A stretch of 63,907 nt of DNA, filler included, from Folioceros fuciformis (Eukaryota): assembly GCA_049999805.1 (NCBI GenBank). It is 9 parts of 9 records of this genome, joined end to end, with 100 filler letters (N's around TTAATTAATTAA, not from the genome) between each part and the next. Parts side by side here need not be neighbours in the genome. Positions count along the whole stretch, not along the records: positions 6,715 to 14,153 come from JBNGIO010004098.1; positions 14,254 to 22,721 come from JBNGIO010004099.1; positions 22,822 to 37,952 come from JBNGIO010004100.1; 6 more parts are not named here. One strand, written 5' to 3'. A program made the position numbers and the translations under genes. Positions 12,484 to 25,110 of this stretch are shown in pieces (the first letter of the stretch is position 1; every line of letters starts with the position of its first letter). The notes under the pieces are model-generated. The model ran no database searches and was not told where the DNA came from. It saw nothing but the letters and a program-made list of their open reading frames with translations.

Positions 12484-15269
12484 TGGTATCAGAGCCACAG
12501 GGCTCTTACCATGGTCTCTAGGTCCAATGGCTAGATTACGTATGTATCACTACCTAGGTGAGCAATGGACGCATGAACCTCTACTTGCTCGCTTATGGAT
12601 AGAAGCAATAGATATGTCGTTCTCGTTAGCATATTGAAATGACAAGACCACCATTGGAAGTTACGACAATATCTTTGTCGTCGCTTTCACACAACTGTGT
12701 AGCTGGGCTCACCCATGTCTTACACTAAAATCTAGACTCACTATTTTTATAGGATTAGATTTAGTGTCCTACAATTTTTCCTTTAGAAGAAATGAAAAAA
12801 AAAGAAATGTATGTTTCTTTTTTTTATCATTTTTTTATCTTTTTAAAATAAAGAAAAGGAGATTTGATAGGGTTCTCTATATAGGTTTATAAGCATGGCT
12901 TTGTGTTTAGGGGAAGGCATTCAGCCTTGCTCCTTCTTACACATTGCTCTTCTAAGCTTTTCTCCTATTCCAGCAACCATTTCAACACTTGCTTCGACTC
13001 ACCAACATGGCCAGAAATCGGCGCAACGCTGCTCATTCTCGGCGCTTTGGTGATGATGTGGAGCGTGCTCAAGGGTGATCAACTCAACGAAGGAATTCAC
13101 GGGGATTCGGATGGCAGACTGCACCTCGCTACTATCAATCCTTGGGTGACAACTTCTTGGATGCTTTGATCCAAGCTTTGGATAATAGAGGGTGGACTCC
13201 CCAGCCTGATGCGGCCCACAATCGTCGTGAATTGGGACCCATTCAATCTCCAAGTCACCACAATCGACAACACAGGAGATTGCAGGAAAGATGCAGGCGT
13301 TCTGGTTTTCCTACTGATTCCCAGCTCAATTCCTCACCTTGCATGACATCCTCAAGGCGCCATGAAGAATCAAGCACGTCTCTCTAGCAGGATTTGTCCG
13401 ACGGCCTCAATTCTGTTGGAAATTCTGCTTGGGGGGAGAGCGACGACGATTTGATCGTCACCGAGTTTTCCCCATCCAGGCAGCTAGAGTGGAGAGGCAC
13501 CCAATTCGATCAGCCCCTAATGGCGCCCCATCGGTCAGAAGCAGAGACACAGGCGGTGGCCCAATTCCTCAGCCCCAGCTGGTTTCCATCGCCAAGATTG
13601 CAATCGGCGCGCGCATCGCAGGAGACGCGCTCGAGCGAGGGGTCATGGCCCTTGGCGAAACGGTGCCCAACTTAAGTTGGGCAACCGCTCACGGGGCTGG
13701 GCCTGCTCACGAATTGGTGCCCTTAACTTGGGCACCCGTTCGCGAAGCGGTGCCCCGCGACGAGCTGCCACCTGTTCGGGTCAACGGGGCGCCCATTCAA
13801 CGGAATGACGTGACCACTCCGTGAACGGGCGTGACCCCTGTCGCCTTCAACAAGGCTACCGGTTCTGTTTTTCCTATCACTCCTGTTAATTGCTTTTCGA
13901 GCTCTTTTCCAGCAGATATCAGTGGCGATTTTGGTGGCCATCCTTCTCAACTCTGACGGTTTTTGGCTATGCGAAGTGTGCCTCCTAAACACGATTTCAA
14001 CACTGGGACATCGTCAAAACCTGCCCTCGTAGTTGTTAAGGAGGAACCAATATCGTCCTCCCCTGCTTTCGAGACTTTGGAAGCTGCCTACAAGGAGTTA
14101 AGTACGACGAAGCCCAAGCCCAAGCTTCTGCTCCTGAGCAACGCTCTCTCCATNNNNNNNNNNNNNNNNNNNNNNNNNNNNNNNNNNNNNNNNNNNNTTA
14201 ATTAATTAANNNNNNNNNNNNNNNNNNNNNNNNNNNNNNNNNNNNNNNNNNNNAGCATTGTATGCAGGTGCGCGCCACACTGGCTCACTTCTGCCGCGCA
14301 AAAATTGAGTTGCGATCCCCTCCACGCTTGCGCGTTTTTCTCCACCTACAGCGTTCTCTCCTGCCACACACAACACAATTTTTTTTTGTGCCCGTTTTTC
14401 AAGTTGCAACTACCAAAACGGGTTTTTCATACCCATTTTTTAGGGCCTTTTTTATTTTTTATTTTCTTTTTCCTTATTTTTCTCATTTAGGTATTAATCT
14501 ATATATATAACTTAAAAAAAGGGGAAGGAGGAGGGGATAATATATTCTCATAAAATAGTTTTAGGCTATAGTTTTAGGCCCTAAAATTTTCCGTTCCCCT
14601 AGTTCGTAGTGTAGTGAGTGGGAGTGATGGAATAAATAATTAATTAGGGCACTACTCATTAGGGTGTCCGTAAATCCTAGAATTAAGGATAATTGACTTC
14701 TAGGGTTTAAGACACTTATTTATGCGGTTATGCAAGTAGTTAGTTGTTATGTTTGTTATAACAACTTTGTAACTACCTTGTAATCGCTTGTGCTATAAGA
14801 ACACTTGCTCTAGCACCATAATGTAAGTTTTCTTATGTGAAAGAGCAATTTTTGATTTTCATTAGGACAATTCCTTTTGTATAATATTTTCTCCATGGGC
14901 TTTTGGAGGTAAATACTCTAATGGCCGCTATGGGCCCTTTCCCCATAGTGGTTGTGCCTAATAGCCGTCACTAACCACTATAGGGGTGTTGCCAAATCAA
15001 TGGTCTCAATTGTGGTCATAACCTAGGCTATTGCCAAACCAAGGAGCCTTAGCCTCATGTGAGGCTAGGTCATCCCTCCATGGCCCCCTTGTAAAGTGAG
15101 GGTTGAGGCAAGAGATGTGGCACTACACGAGGGTTGAGGACCCATGTGAGAATTGAGGCCTTACTCCTCAACCCAAAACTTGACTTTAATCCTAAATTCT
15201 TGTTGGTTCTAAATACCAACCTTAAATTTTTTATCCTATTCTACACCTTAAATAAGGTTTAGGAAGTTC

Positions 15270-15520
15270 ATGGTGGGTTGTCATTTTCAGAGGCAAATGT
15301 TTATGCTAGGCAACATAGGGGTCATGTATAGGGTGTTAAGAAAAAGTTCTAAAACCCTCCCCTCTATTTTGTTTGGATGGCATGATCTCATTCTACAAGG
15401 TAGAACAAGATCATGACATCCAAAGAGGTGTTGCTTAATTTGAGTTTAGTGTCAACTCATCCCACGGGTTGTCATTTTTAGAGGCAAATGTTCGTGCTAG
15501 GCATCATACGAGTCAAGAAC
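15270..15520. repeat. Dispersed repeat, two tandem units; homologous to 21280-21610
   Basis: GAGTTTAGTGTCAACTCAT...GGGTTGTCATTT...AGAGGCAAATGTT...GCTAGGCATCATAC is shared between the two loci. Confidence 0.7.
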
Positions 15521-15861
15521 ACCTCTTGCCCACCATGCTCTCAACTTTGGACATATAAGTAAAACTAACATTATGCGAGGTAGCATAACTTTATAGATCT
15601 TTACTCTAGCTTCTAATGAAACCATGTGGTAAATCAAGATAATAATATTATATGAAAAATGGAGTAATACATGGAATTTGTAATGAAAGAAAGTCGAGAG
15701 AAAAAACTATAATTCTTTAAGTAAAAATATAATATTTGAAATAGATTATAAATCATCTTTTTTAATTTATAAAAATAAAACATGGGATTATAAAAACCTC
15801 AAGTTATAAGCTGATGGGATAATCATACGAATAATAAAAAATATATATAGAAACTCTTTTT

Positions 15862-16445
15862 TTAATGGAGATTGAGCTTGGTGATTATCACCCTTTCCTT
15901 CTTTGAAGACCTATGACGTGTGTTTTTATTAGGCCTTGCTTTTCTTCTAGAATTCATGGTATTGGAAGGGTCTTTAGAAGGAAGTTGATCTTCATCATGT
16001 GAATCATTAATGCTATTAGGAATTGTATTTGAATTATTTTGAAAGTCTACAATAGAATTGTTATCTTCAACACCCATTGACATTGATATATTTAGAGTTA
16101 ACATCTCATCATATTTTTTTGACTTGATTAGCATTTAATATAAATTTCTCTTCAAATTTAGTGCTTTGTCAATATACTTTGAGAGCTCATGAGAATTTCC
16201 CTACAAGTACTAAACAGCTACGTATTTTAAAATCATCATTAATGTTAAAACAAAGAAAAAAAAAAGTTGGCACTTAAGTTGTGATTAATGCTTTTCTTTC
16301 AAGGAATTTGGTAGATGTTTATGTTTTCTTTCCAAAATTTGTTGTTAGCACTTGTGGTTCTCCTTTGGGTAATTCTATGGATGCTTGCACAGAACCAATT
16401 GTGAACGTCTTTGGTCCAAATGATCCGTCTTTTGGGAAATGCAAC
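15862..16445 (-). pseudogene. Possible C-terminal remnant of a Mutator/FAR1-like transposase
   Basis: Fragments KRRIIWTKDV and RKARPNKNTRHRSSKKE resemble the RWTKD and KGRP..R.KS motifs. Stops are present; similarity judged by eye only. Confidence 0.3.
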
Positions 16446-17199
16446 AAATATATATATACAAGTCAGCTATTAATGCTCATTCACTTGAAGGTATTTTCTA
16501 TTATTAAAAAAGAGATAGAAAGTCCCATCTACTCCAAAGATTGGAAAAACAACCCAAGCAAGGCCAAAGGCCAAAACAGATACTAGCCCCTTAGGACTTA
16601 CATATCACCGGCATCGAAGAAGCCGCTTGACATGCGCTCATTCACTTTCAACTATGAATTGCTCTAAACCCTTTCTAAGGAGTGTTGTAAATTTTTGTGG
16701 TGCCCTGTTGGGCAATAAAAAGGATTCTTGTTCAACTTGCCTTTTTCTTCTTTTGCAATATATTTTTTTAAACTTGATAAGAAAACAAAGAAAGAAGCAA
16801 CCATCTTAAGCAAAATAGTTTACTCTATTTTTTTTCGCGAGAAAAAAAAGATAGCCTACCCTATCTAAGACAATTGTACATTTTAGAGTGCTTTAACTTG
16901 AGTGAGGTTCATATTCCTTCGATTATAAAGAACAAATAAAAAAAAACCTCAAATCCTTAGGTGTTCATCTAAAATATAGATTTTCTTTGGATTATAAGAA
17001 TAAATGATAAAAAAATTATGTCTATCCTAACGTAGAAGTTTATCAAAAATATAGAATGCAAATGGCATGGACTTCGATCTTTGTGGATCTCACTAACTAA
17101 TTATCGTTTACTTCTAGGATCTATATGTTTTTATTTATTTTAAAGAAAACAAGATGGAAAACCTATCCCCTAAAAATAAATCATGATTGGGACACCAGG

Positions 17200-17700
17200 G
17201 ACTAACCCTGACGCTTAATGACTACCAATAACACCTAAAATATCATGGTCTGGAAGGAAGAAGAGTTTACCTACTATTAGAGCTATTGCTTCTCTTATCA
17301 ATGTCGATCTTGTGTATGGCAATAGCGAACGCTCTATAAATGCCATTAACCAATGTTCGTTGCAGAGCAATGGAAACCTTCTACTGAAAAAGCACTCTGT
17401 ATATGCCATTAGCCAATGCTTGTTGTAGAGCAATGGAAACTCTCTACCAAAAGAGCTCTGTATATGCCATTAACCAATGCTCGTTGTAGAGCAATGGAAA
17501 CCCTCTAGCGAAGGAGCCCTATGTATATGCCATTAGCCAATGCTCGTTGTAGAGTAATGGAGACCCTTTACTGAAAGACTGCTCTATATATTCCAGAAGC
17601 CAATGCTCGTTAGAGTAATGGACACCCTTTACTAAACGAATGCTGCAATATAAGCTGGAGAAAGACCAAACCCATTTTTCCCTATTATGAATAGCATTGG
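17200..17700 (-). mobile_element. 3' end of the CRE-like LINE with ~61-bp tandem amplification (~5 copies, ~17330-17640)
   Basis: C-terminal DHDILGVIGS matches HHDILGVVGS at 5289. The unit TATATGCCATTAGCCAATGCTCGTTGTAGAGCAATGGAAAC is the reverse complement of the VSIALQRALANG-coding segment. Confidence 0.75.
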
Positions 17701-18619
17701 CGTAAGTTTAGGACTACTATCTCGAAGTCTCTTGTGCAACAAAATAATATTATTCCATAATTCTAGTATAACATACAAAATCCGATATAAAATCCCTACT
17801 CCATAATAAGTTTATCACTTGCCTACTCAAGAGGCCAAGTCCCTTCCATGCCTTTATGGGACATGGCAGTTGCTATTACCTAAAGCTGGTGCATGTTCAC
17901 TCCGTGCTAGGGTACTATACCAGGGACATCACTACTATAAAACAAGGTTGAATATGATTATTTACTTTACCGTATATAATTTAAATACAGCTATATATAA
18001 TAAAATGTAATGACATTTGTTTGTGCAAACAATGGATGTGTCAGCTAAGCTTCACAGCAACTCGGCCAATGGTACATGATGGCCGCTTACTGGGCATTCA
18101 TGACACCTTACTAAAGTCCTCACCGGCGCAGGCCGGTTATATCTGACCGCAATCACGTGTAAATGGATCAATGACTTCTACTCCTGTGTGACACAGGGCC
18201 AAGTATCCGCTGGAGGCCCGGGGTTCTGCCAGAGGCTTCGACGGCCTCCCAGCCTGCCCTGGATGGGGAGGCCAAGGCCAGGGCCAGGCTAGGATGGGGA
18301 GCCGGAGCCAAGCCTGCCCGCCCCGGGGCCGCGGAGCCCCGAAGGCCTGAGCCGGGCCTCCTCCCGGCGGAGCCAGAGGCTCCGGCCGAGGTCTCGGCCG
18401 GGACGGCACGGTTGGCCCCCGATGTCGCGGCTGGGAGGCCTCCTGGCAGCCGGGGGCACCGAGGTGCTCCGGCAGCGGGGAGGCCCCGAGGCTGCGGCCC
18501 AGGGTTCTCCATGAACTACGTCGTGCTGTGAAGGATGTGGTGTGGTAGCGTCGTCTTTGGGTTTGGCGGTTTTCTTGTGCCGTCGACTTTCCAGGTTTTG
18601 CCAGCAGTCTGGCAGCAAT

Positions 18620-20950
18620 CTGGAATATGGGGTGGCCCAGGTCTAATATGCCTGTCCAATTGTTGGACGATTCTGATGACCCGTCCACTCAAGAACCTAT
18701 CAAGGCGGAGGTGCAGAAATGGTCCCTCAAGGGCGTGCATACTGTTTACAGGCACAGGCGCAATCGAACTGGTTACAAGGCTGGAAACTTGAAATCTGGA
18801 ATGTTGTGCGACTATGTCAAGGCTCACGAATATGTTGCTGTTTCGATGCTGATTTTCCAACCTCAGCCTGGCTTCCTCAAGCGAACTGTTCCCCATTTCA
18901 TTGTATATTCAGTACCAGCTTCTGTGGAAGGTTGTCTGCTTGATGTTCTGTTCGTGACCAAACACTGAGCTTGGGCATTCTCTGACGTTTTGTCTGAATT
19001 AGCAAACGTAACAGAGCAACTCAGTGACTGTGGCACATTTTATCATTTTTTCTTGTGACTTCCTAGCTGTGGGCTTGACCTGATTGGAGAACAAGTGAGT
19101 CGAGAAATCTCAGGCTGCTGTGAGCAGACTCGTGATAACAGAACGGAAGGGTACTATCTCGTATGCGCATCTTATCGAAGGATGCTAATTTCAAGGTGCT
19201 TTGTCGTCAGGTTTCTGCTGGGTATTATCTCCTGAAGGAGAGTGAAAGCTAGAGGCAACAGTCTGGATGAAAACCGAGTATACGTATTTATGGGTGTCTA
19301 CTGGGTGGCAAATTGGAAAGATGGCTCATAAGCAAGCACGTTTGTAAGAACACCATTGGTCCCTGTCAAAGGGAGTCGGCACTTGGCTATCATGAGCTCG
19401 GGGATACCTTTCAGCTTCTGTTTGCCACTATACCTGCTGGAAGAGAGGTCTAGAAAAGTCAGTGTTCTGTGCACCGCGGGCTGTATGGCATCGGCATCCT
19501 GGATTTAATAGGCCTGGGACCTTCTGTGGGGCCAAGTGAGGTTGATAACACTCTCCCGGGTTTCAGCTCCCAACTGACGGCGATCGCCGCTATTGCTAGA
19601 CAAAGCGGGGAAGCCTTGCGGTTTATGCAGCCCGGATTTGGCACTTGACACCCTCGGTGAGATCGCATCGGAGGAAACGCTTCGTATGATGTGGCAGGTG
19701 CGTGGTGATCGTCTGGGAAGTGGCTGCCATGGCCCGACCGGACATGGAGAGAAAAATACCTATTACCTGCCGTCGCAGTCCAGCCAGCGGACAATGCCGT
19801 CGAGTCGATACTCAACACGGTGCCTGCCTGTGCAAAGTGCGAAGCCACGCATTACAGCATGGGCCACCTGGTTGATCGTTGTCACCTGAAGGCGTGGCTG
19901 GGGACTAAGGTAGGCCCATGGTGTGGAGGCCTTGGGGGTGAAAAATTCGCCTCCCCCAACAGATCCAGGCTCTACAACCCGGGCCTAGCCTGTGTCCCTA
20001 TCACGCACAGTTCAGAAGATAGCGTGGGTTATCTCGAGTGGTGCAGCGTGCCAAGTACTATGTTGTCCATTCATGGAGGTCGGACATGGCGCACTCATGA
20101 CGGAACCCTAGCGGGGCGAATGACATCTCGTGATTGTGGACGGCCGGTGAGCGAGCCGTTGCAGTCTGTGGACTATAGTCTGGTGCAGATGAGGTGGTTC
20201 CAATCCCTGTGCCGAGCTCGTGCCCGGCTGACAAAAGAGTCAGACATGCTCTTGCTCGCTGCCTCTGCGGTGGATGGGACCGGTCGGGGCCACTGGTATG
20301 TTAGAGGGTTCGGCCAATCGGGCGGTACGAAGAAAGCCTGGACTCCATCTCCACTTGCATCGCTGCACTGGCTCGCCTGATGATCGGCAAGTCCGGGAGT
20401 TGGAATTTTTACAACATGCTGACGGGTAACTGGTTCTTGTTGGCCCCATTTGGAGGGGTCAAACAGGTAAGGCGATGGCAGGGAGCAAGCGGGTCCAAAA
20501 AAACACCACCTTGGTACATGAACATCTGGCAGGCATGGTCCGGATATTTTCCAGAGCTTGGATTGCATGTTTTCCAGTGTAGTTGTCTAGGTTTGTGATG
20601 GACGAAGCACATCATGTGGGTTAAAGCTGACGGAAGGCCAGAATCCATCTCTTGTGAAGGGAAGATTTTCTGATGTGACGAGGTACCCAGTTTGAAGTTT
20701 CCAAAGTTGATGGAGGTCCAGTTGCAACCGGCTGTGAAGGTATTGCCTTCTTATAAAGCAAATACACAAGATTTCTTTGGACCAAGCTTACACACGATGG
20801 GGTTACTTCGGCAAGACTGTATGGGCGGCCCGAGCAATTCTGAAGCAGCAGTACTAGATTGTTCCTTCGAGTGCCTGTCACGCCATGAGCACCCCACCAA
20901 CACAAGATTGCGAGGAGGCGGGATGGGTTTGTCTTCAAGTGAAGTAGGCA
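18620..20950 (+). pseudogene. Degenerate gene-like sequence, possibly tandem F-box-family pseudogenes
   Basis: Host-like GC content. Fragments YSLVQMRWFQSLCRARARLTKESD (F-box-like), FYNMLTGNWFLLAP and a C-terminal-type LYNPGLACVP. No continuous ORF. Confidence 0.3.
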
Positions 20951-21279
20951 GGCCGCGCAGGGAAGGCAAGGCAAGGCGAGGGAGCGTTCAGTATATACTT
21001 TCCTACATTCAATATATGAGCGTGAGAAACACGCATATGTTTAGTGAAAAAAAAGCAATTCCGTATGTCATTGGTTAGGATTCGTTAGATGCTGAAAGCC
21101 ATTTTATTAAAGAATGCCCATTTCCTTCCAAGGTTTGGGGCCAAATTATTAAGGAAAAAGGGGCTTTTCCGCGGTCCGGGCCGCATGCCTCCGGCTTGTG
21201 ACGCAACGCTAGTTGTTAATGTAGTAACCTAGAGCAACATTAATTGAGTGCATGATGCAAGGTAGTTGGATTGCTTCAT

Positions 21280-21607
21280 TCGAGTTTAGTGTCAACTCAT
21301 CGCCACGGAGGCAAATGTTCGTGCTAAGCATCATACGGGTCATCATTATCTACATGACCCTCCCCTCTATCCTCTTTGGTATGCTATACCCTTGTTTTAA
21401 AGGTAAATCTTCTATGTTCAATCTCAATTGCTACCACATCCAATAATTGAGATTGAGAGCACAAGCTGCACAAACGTGTTGCTTAATTCGAGTTTAGTGT
21501 CAACTCATCCACGGGTTGTCATTTCAGAGATAAATGTTCTTGCTAGGCATCATACAGGTCATCATCATCTACAGGACCCTCCCCTCTATCTTCTTTGGTA
21601 TGCTATA
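21280..21607. repeat. Dispersed repeat, two tandem units (same family as 15270-15520), interrupted by a copia LTR
   Basis: Units start at ~21280 and ~21488 and share GAGTTTAGTGTCAACTCAT and ACCCTCCCCTCTATC-TCTTTGGTATGCTATAC. Confidence 0.7.
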
Positions 21608-24600
21608 CGCAGGATCTCTAGAGGAGCCACATGATGAAGGAGGAGAAGAGGAGANNNNNNNNNNNNNNNNNNNNNNNNNNNNNNNNNNNNNNNNNNNNNN
21701 NNNNNNNNNNNNNNNNNNNNNNNNNNNNNNNNNNNNNNNNNNNNNNNNNNNNNNTGTGACTGTGTGTGAGAGTGTGACCTCTCTTTCTCCTCTCCTCCTT
21801 CTCTCCTCCTCTCCTCCTTCATCATGTGGCTCCTCTACCTCCCACTTAAAGGCCAATTTACCTTCATAGGAGAGCGGTCTACCTCATGCCCATAAGTGTC
21901 TGAGGTTGTGCGAATTGTTTCGTAGAGAGCCCCTTGGTAAGAACATCTGTAGGGTTCTGACTGGTGTGAGCTTTGACAAGCTGTACCCTCTTGTCTTCCA
22001 ACACCTCTCGAATGAAATGATACTTCACCTCCACATGTTTGGTCTTCGCATGAAACAATGGATTCTTCGCCAACTGGATAGCACTCTGGCTATCACAATG
22101 CAACACTGACAGCTCAACCTTGATCCCCAAATCTCCCACTAAACGAGCAAGCCATATGGCTTTCTTGCAAGCCTCAGTCGTTGCAACATACTTGGCCTCC
22201 GTGGTAGATTACGATATGCATGATTGCAAACGAGGTCGCCAAGAGACTGCCCCTCCAGTGCACATGGAGACATTTTTTTTTTTTTTTCTCCTTTTGTCCA
22301 TATCCCTTGCATAATCAGCATCCGTATATCCCACTACAGATGCATCTTCACTACCAAAACATAAGCACAAAGCTTTCGTACCATTCAAGTACCTCATAAC
22401 TCCTTTCACTGCCTCCCAATGCTTCCTGCCAAGGTTTGACATAAACCTGCTAACCACTCCCACTGCAAAGGCAATGTCGGGACGTGTAGCAATCATTGCA
22501 TACATCCAACTCCCTACAGTTGATGAGTATGGAACCTTCTCCATTTTAGCTTTGTCCTGCACAGAGCTTGGGCAATCCTTGTATGAACCTCCAAAGTTTG
22601 GGGTAGTAGTTTGTTTTGGTTGGAAAAGGGTTAATAGTGGTATGGTTTGGTTTTCTTTTTCAACTTATTTTCCCTAATTTTCCTTTATTTTCTGGTTATT
22701 TTTCCTATTTTTCTTTGTGCTNNNNNNNNNNNNNNNNNNNNNNNNNNNNNNNNNNNNNNNNNNNNTTAATTAATTAANNNNNNNNNNNNNNNNNNNNNNN
22801 NNNNNNNNNNNNNNNNNNNNNTTCATCCGTTCAGCCACACCATTCTGGGGAGGAGTATACGGCGCAGTCAATTCTCTCTTGATTCCCTTGGAATCACAGA
22901 ATGACTGGAAAGCCTTCAAAACATACTCTCTCCCATTGTCTGTCCTTAGACACTTTAGTCGGAGGTCAGACTGATTCTCCACAAGGGTGACAAATGTCTG
23001 AAACACTATCTGAACATCATCCTTTTTCCTTTAAGGATAAACCCACACCTTGCGTGAGAAATCATCCGTAAAAGTGACAAAATAGGATACACCGCCTAAC
23101 GATACAATGTGGATAGGTCCACAAACATCATTGTGAACCAACTCAAGAGGTTTACTTTTGTGTTTACCTCTTGCTCCATGTGGTGACTTCGTCTATTTCC
23201 CATACAAACAGTGCTCACACACGGAGAAATCGGAGAAGTCAAAAGCAGGGACGTAACTAAAACGAGATAGTATCTTCATTTCTTTTTGAGACATATGTCC
23301 TAACCGACTATGCCACAAGAAAACACTTGGCTATTCCGTTACACAAATCACATGATCCTTGACAGTGGTTACCTGAATTGAGTACAAAGTACCACACTTC
23401 GTTTCACGAGCTAACACAAGAGAACCTTTGGAGATCTTCCAAGAACGATCTCCAAACCAACAGTGGAAGCTAGCGTTATCCTACTGCCCTGCGCTTATCA
23501 TGCTTTTGGTCAACTTCGAAACATGCCTAACATCCTTCAGTACGAATGAAGATCCATTGTCGAACTTCAGCTGCACATCATCAACGCGTGCAATCTCGCA
23601 TGTGTAGTTATTTCCAAGCCGAACACATCCTTTCCTAGTAGCATCATAAGTGCTAAACCACTTTCTATGCGGAGTAACATGGAAAGATGCTCTAGAGTCA
23701 ATTATCCTATTAGAGAATAAGTGACTCTCCACGGCTGTCAGTTGTGCAGAATCGAAAGAAGAAGAGATAAGAACATCTCCATCATGAACAGAGTTCACCT
23801 CGTCACGCTTGACACTCGAACTTGCCTTGTTGTCGCTTTGCTTCTTCTCCTTTTCTTTGTCGTTTTTGAACTTCTCACAATCCCTCCTGATGTAACCCTT
23901 CTTGTGACAATGGTAACACTCAACATTGTTACGACTACGAGACTTACTACGGGAAAGACTTCGCTCCTTGTACTTCCCCTTTGAAGTGGACCTTCCTCTT
24001 ACCATGAGGGCATTGGAACCTTCGAAAGGTTCCATATTCTTCTTATTCACATCCTCTGTTAATAGGCTACCTTCTACATTTACAATGGTAAGACCACTGG
24101 CAGGAGCGGAATTACTCATAGCTGTACGAAAAGTGTCCCAACTCTCTGGTAATGTGACCAACAGAAACATAGCTCTCACGGAATCTGGGAACGAGATACC
24201 TTGAGATGAGAGCTGGCTGAAAATGGTATTGAACTCATTCAAATGATCTGACATCCTCGTCCCTTCCTTCATCTTCAAGTCCACCAGCTGTTTCAACCAA
24301 TACACCTGAGAAGCCGCACTTTGCTTCTCATAGCGGTCACACAACTTTTGCCATAGCTCGTAATTTGTGGTCTTGTCTTTCACATTGAAGTAGACCGACT
24401 TCGACAATGTTAGCATGATGGTAGACCTAACAAGCTCATCTAGATCCTGCCACTCATCCTGAGTCATGCTAACAGGTTTCACTCCTAGCAGCTTAATGGG
24501 CTTGATCTGCTTCTTCTATACGAGAACATTATACACTTGTTCTTTCTAGAATGGGAAGTTAGTATCATCTAACTTCTTGATATTGAACATGACGTTTTTC

Positions 24601-25110
24601 TGAGGACCTTATATTTTAAAATCGATGCAAAACAAGCAAAATGCTAGTTAGAAACTGTCGGAATGTAATGTAGCTTGTAAAAGTTACCCTCACAACTTGT
24701 TCTGAATCGGCTGTCCACAATTCAGGCCTCCATCGCTCCCAACTGCAGTCCTGTCGTCCGATTCAAGATCCCGATGCCTCACGGCTGGGATCGGTTTGAC
24801 GCCTGTGCCCTCGCTCTCGGCGTCGGCGCTCCAGTGCCCGCAATCCCGCGTATGCTTGCGATACCCGCACTGCCACTGGCCTCGTCCACGTCGTCCACTG
24901 GCTCGATGGCCGCGACCTCCGCGGCGATTGTGGCGCCAGGCGTGACTAGGCGTCCCTTGCCCGGGCGTCTGCGCCTAGCTCTGTCGGGCCGGCGCCAGAG
25001 GCCGGGTTTGCACCCACGCCCCGAGCGTCGGCCGGGTTGGCGCCCACGTCAAGCGAGCGCCCTGGTCGGGTCTGGCGCCCTTACCCGCCGCCTGGGCAGC
25101 CTGGTGCCCG
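21608..25110 (-). mobile_element. Decayed Ty1/copia family A, copy 1: GC-rich leader, gag, protease, integrase, RT end, RNase H, PPT, partial 3' LTR
   Basis: Gag with CYHCHKKGY knuckle, IIDSRASFH protease, CLRTDNGREY...[10 protein letters not shown] integrase, ATRPDIAFAV RT and CDSQSAI...TKHVEVKYHF RNase H. PPT complement CCTCCCACTTAA at ~21838. Two assembly gaps lie inside, so it may be a composite. Confidence 0.9.

Noticed and set aside
14590-14616. ...CTAGTTCGTAGTG, a possible CACTA terminus
   Set aside because: Only one end is visible, with no partner TIR or TSD because of the gap.
21618-21837. LTR segment in inverted orientation on either side of a 100-N gap, touching the PPT
   Set aside because: It spans a gap in GA-rich repeated LTR sequence, so misassembly is more likely than a real inverted-LTR element; needs long reads.
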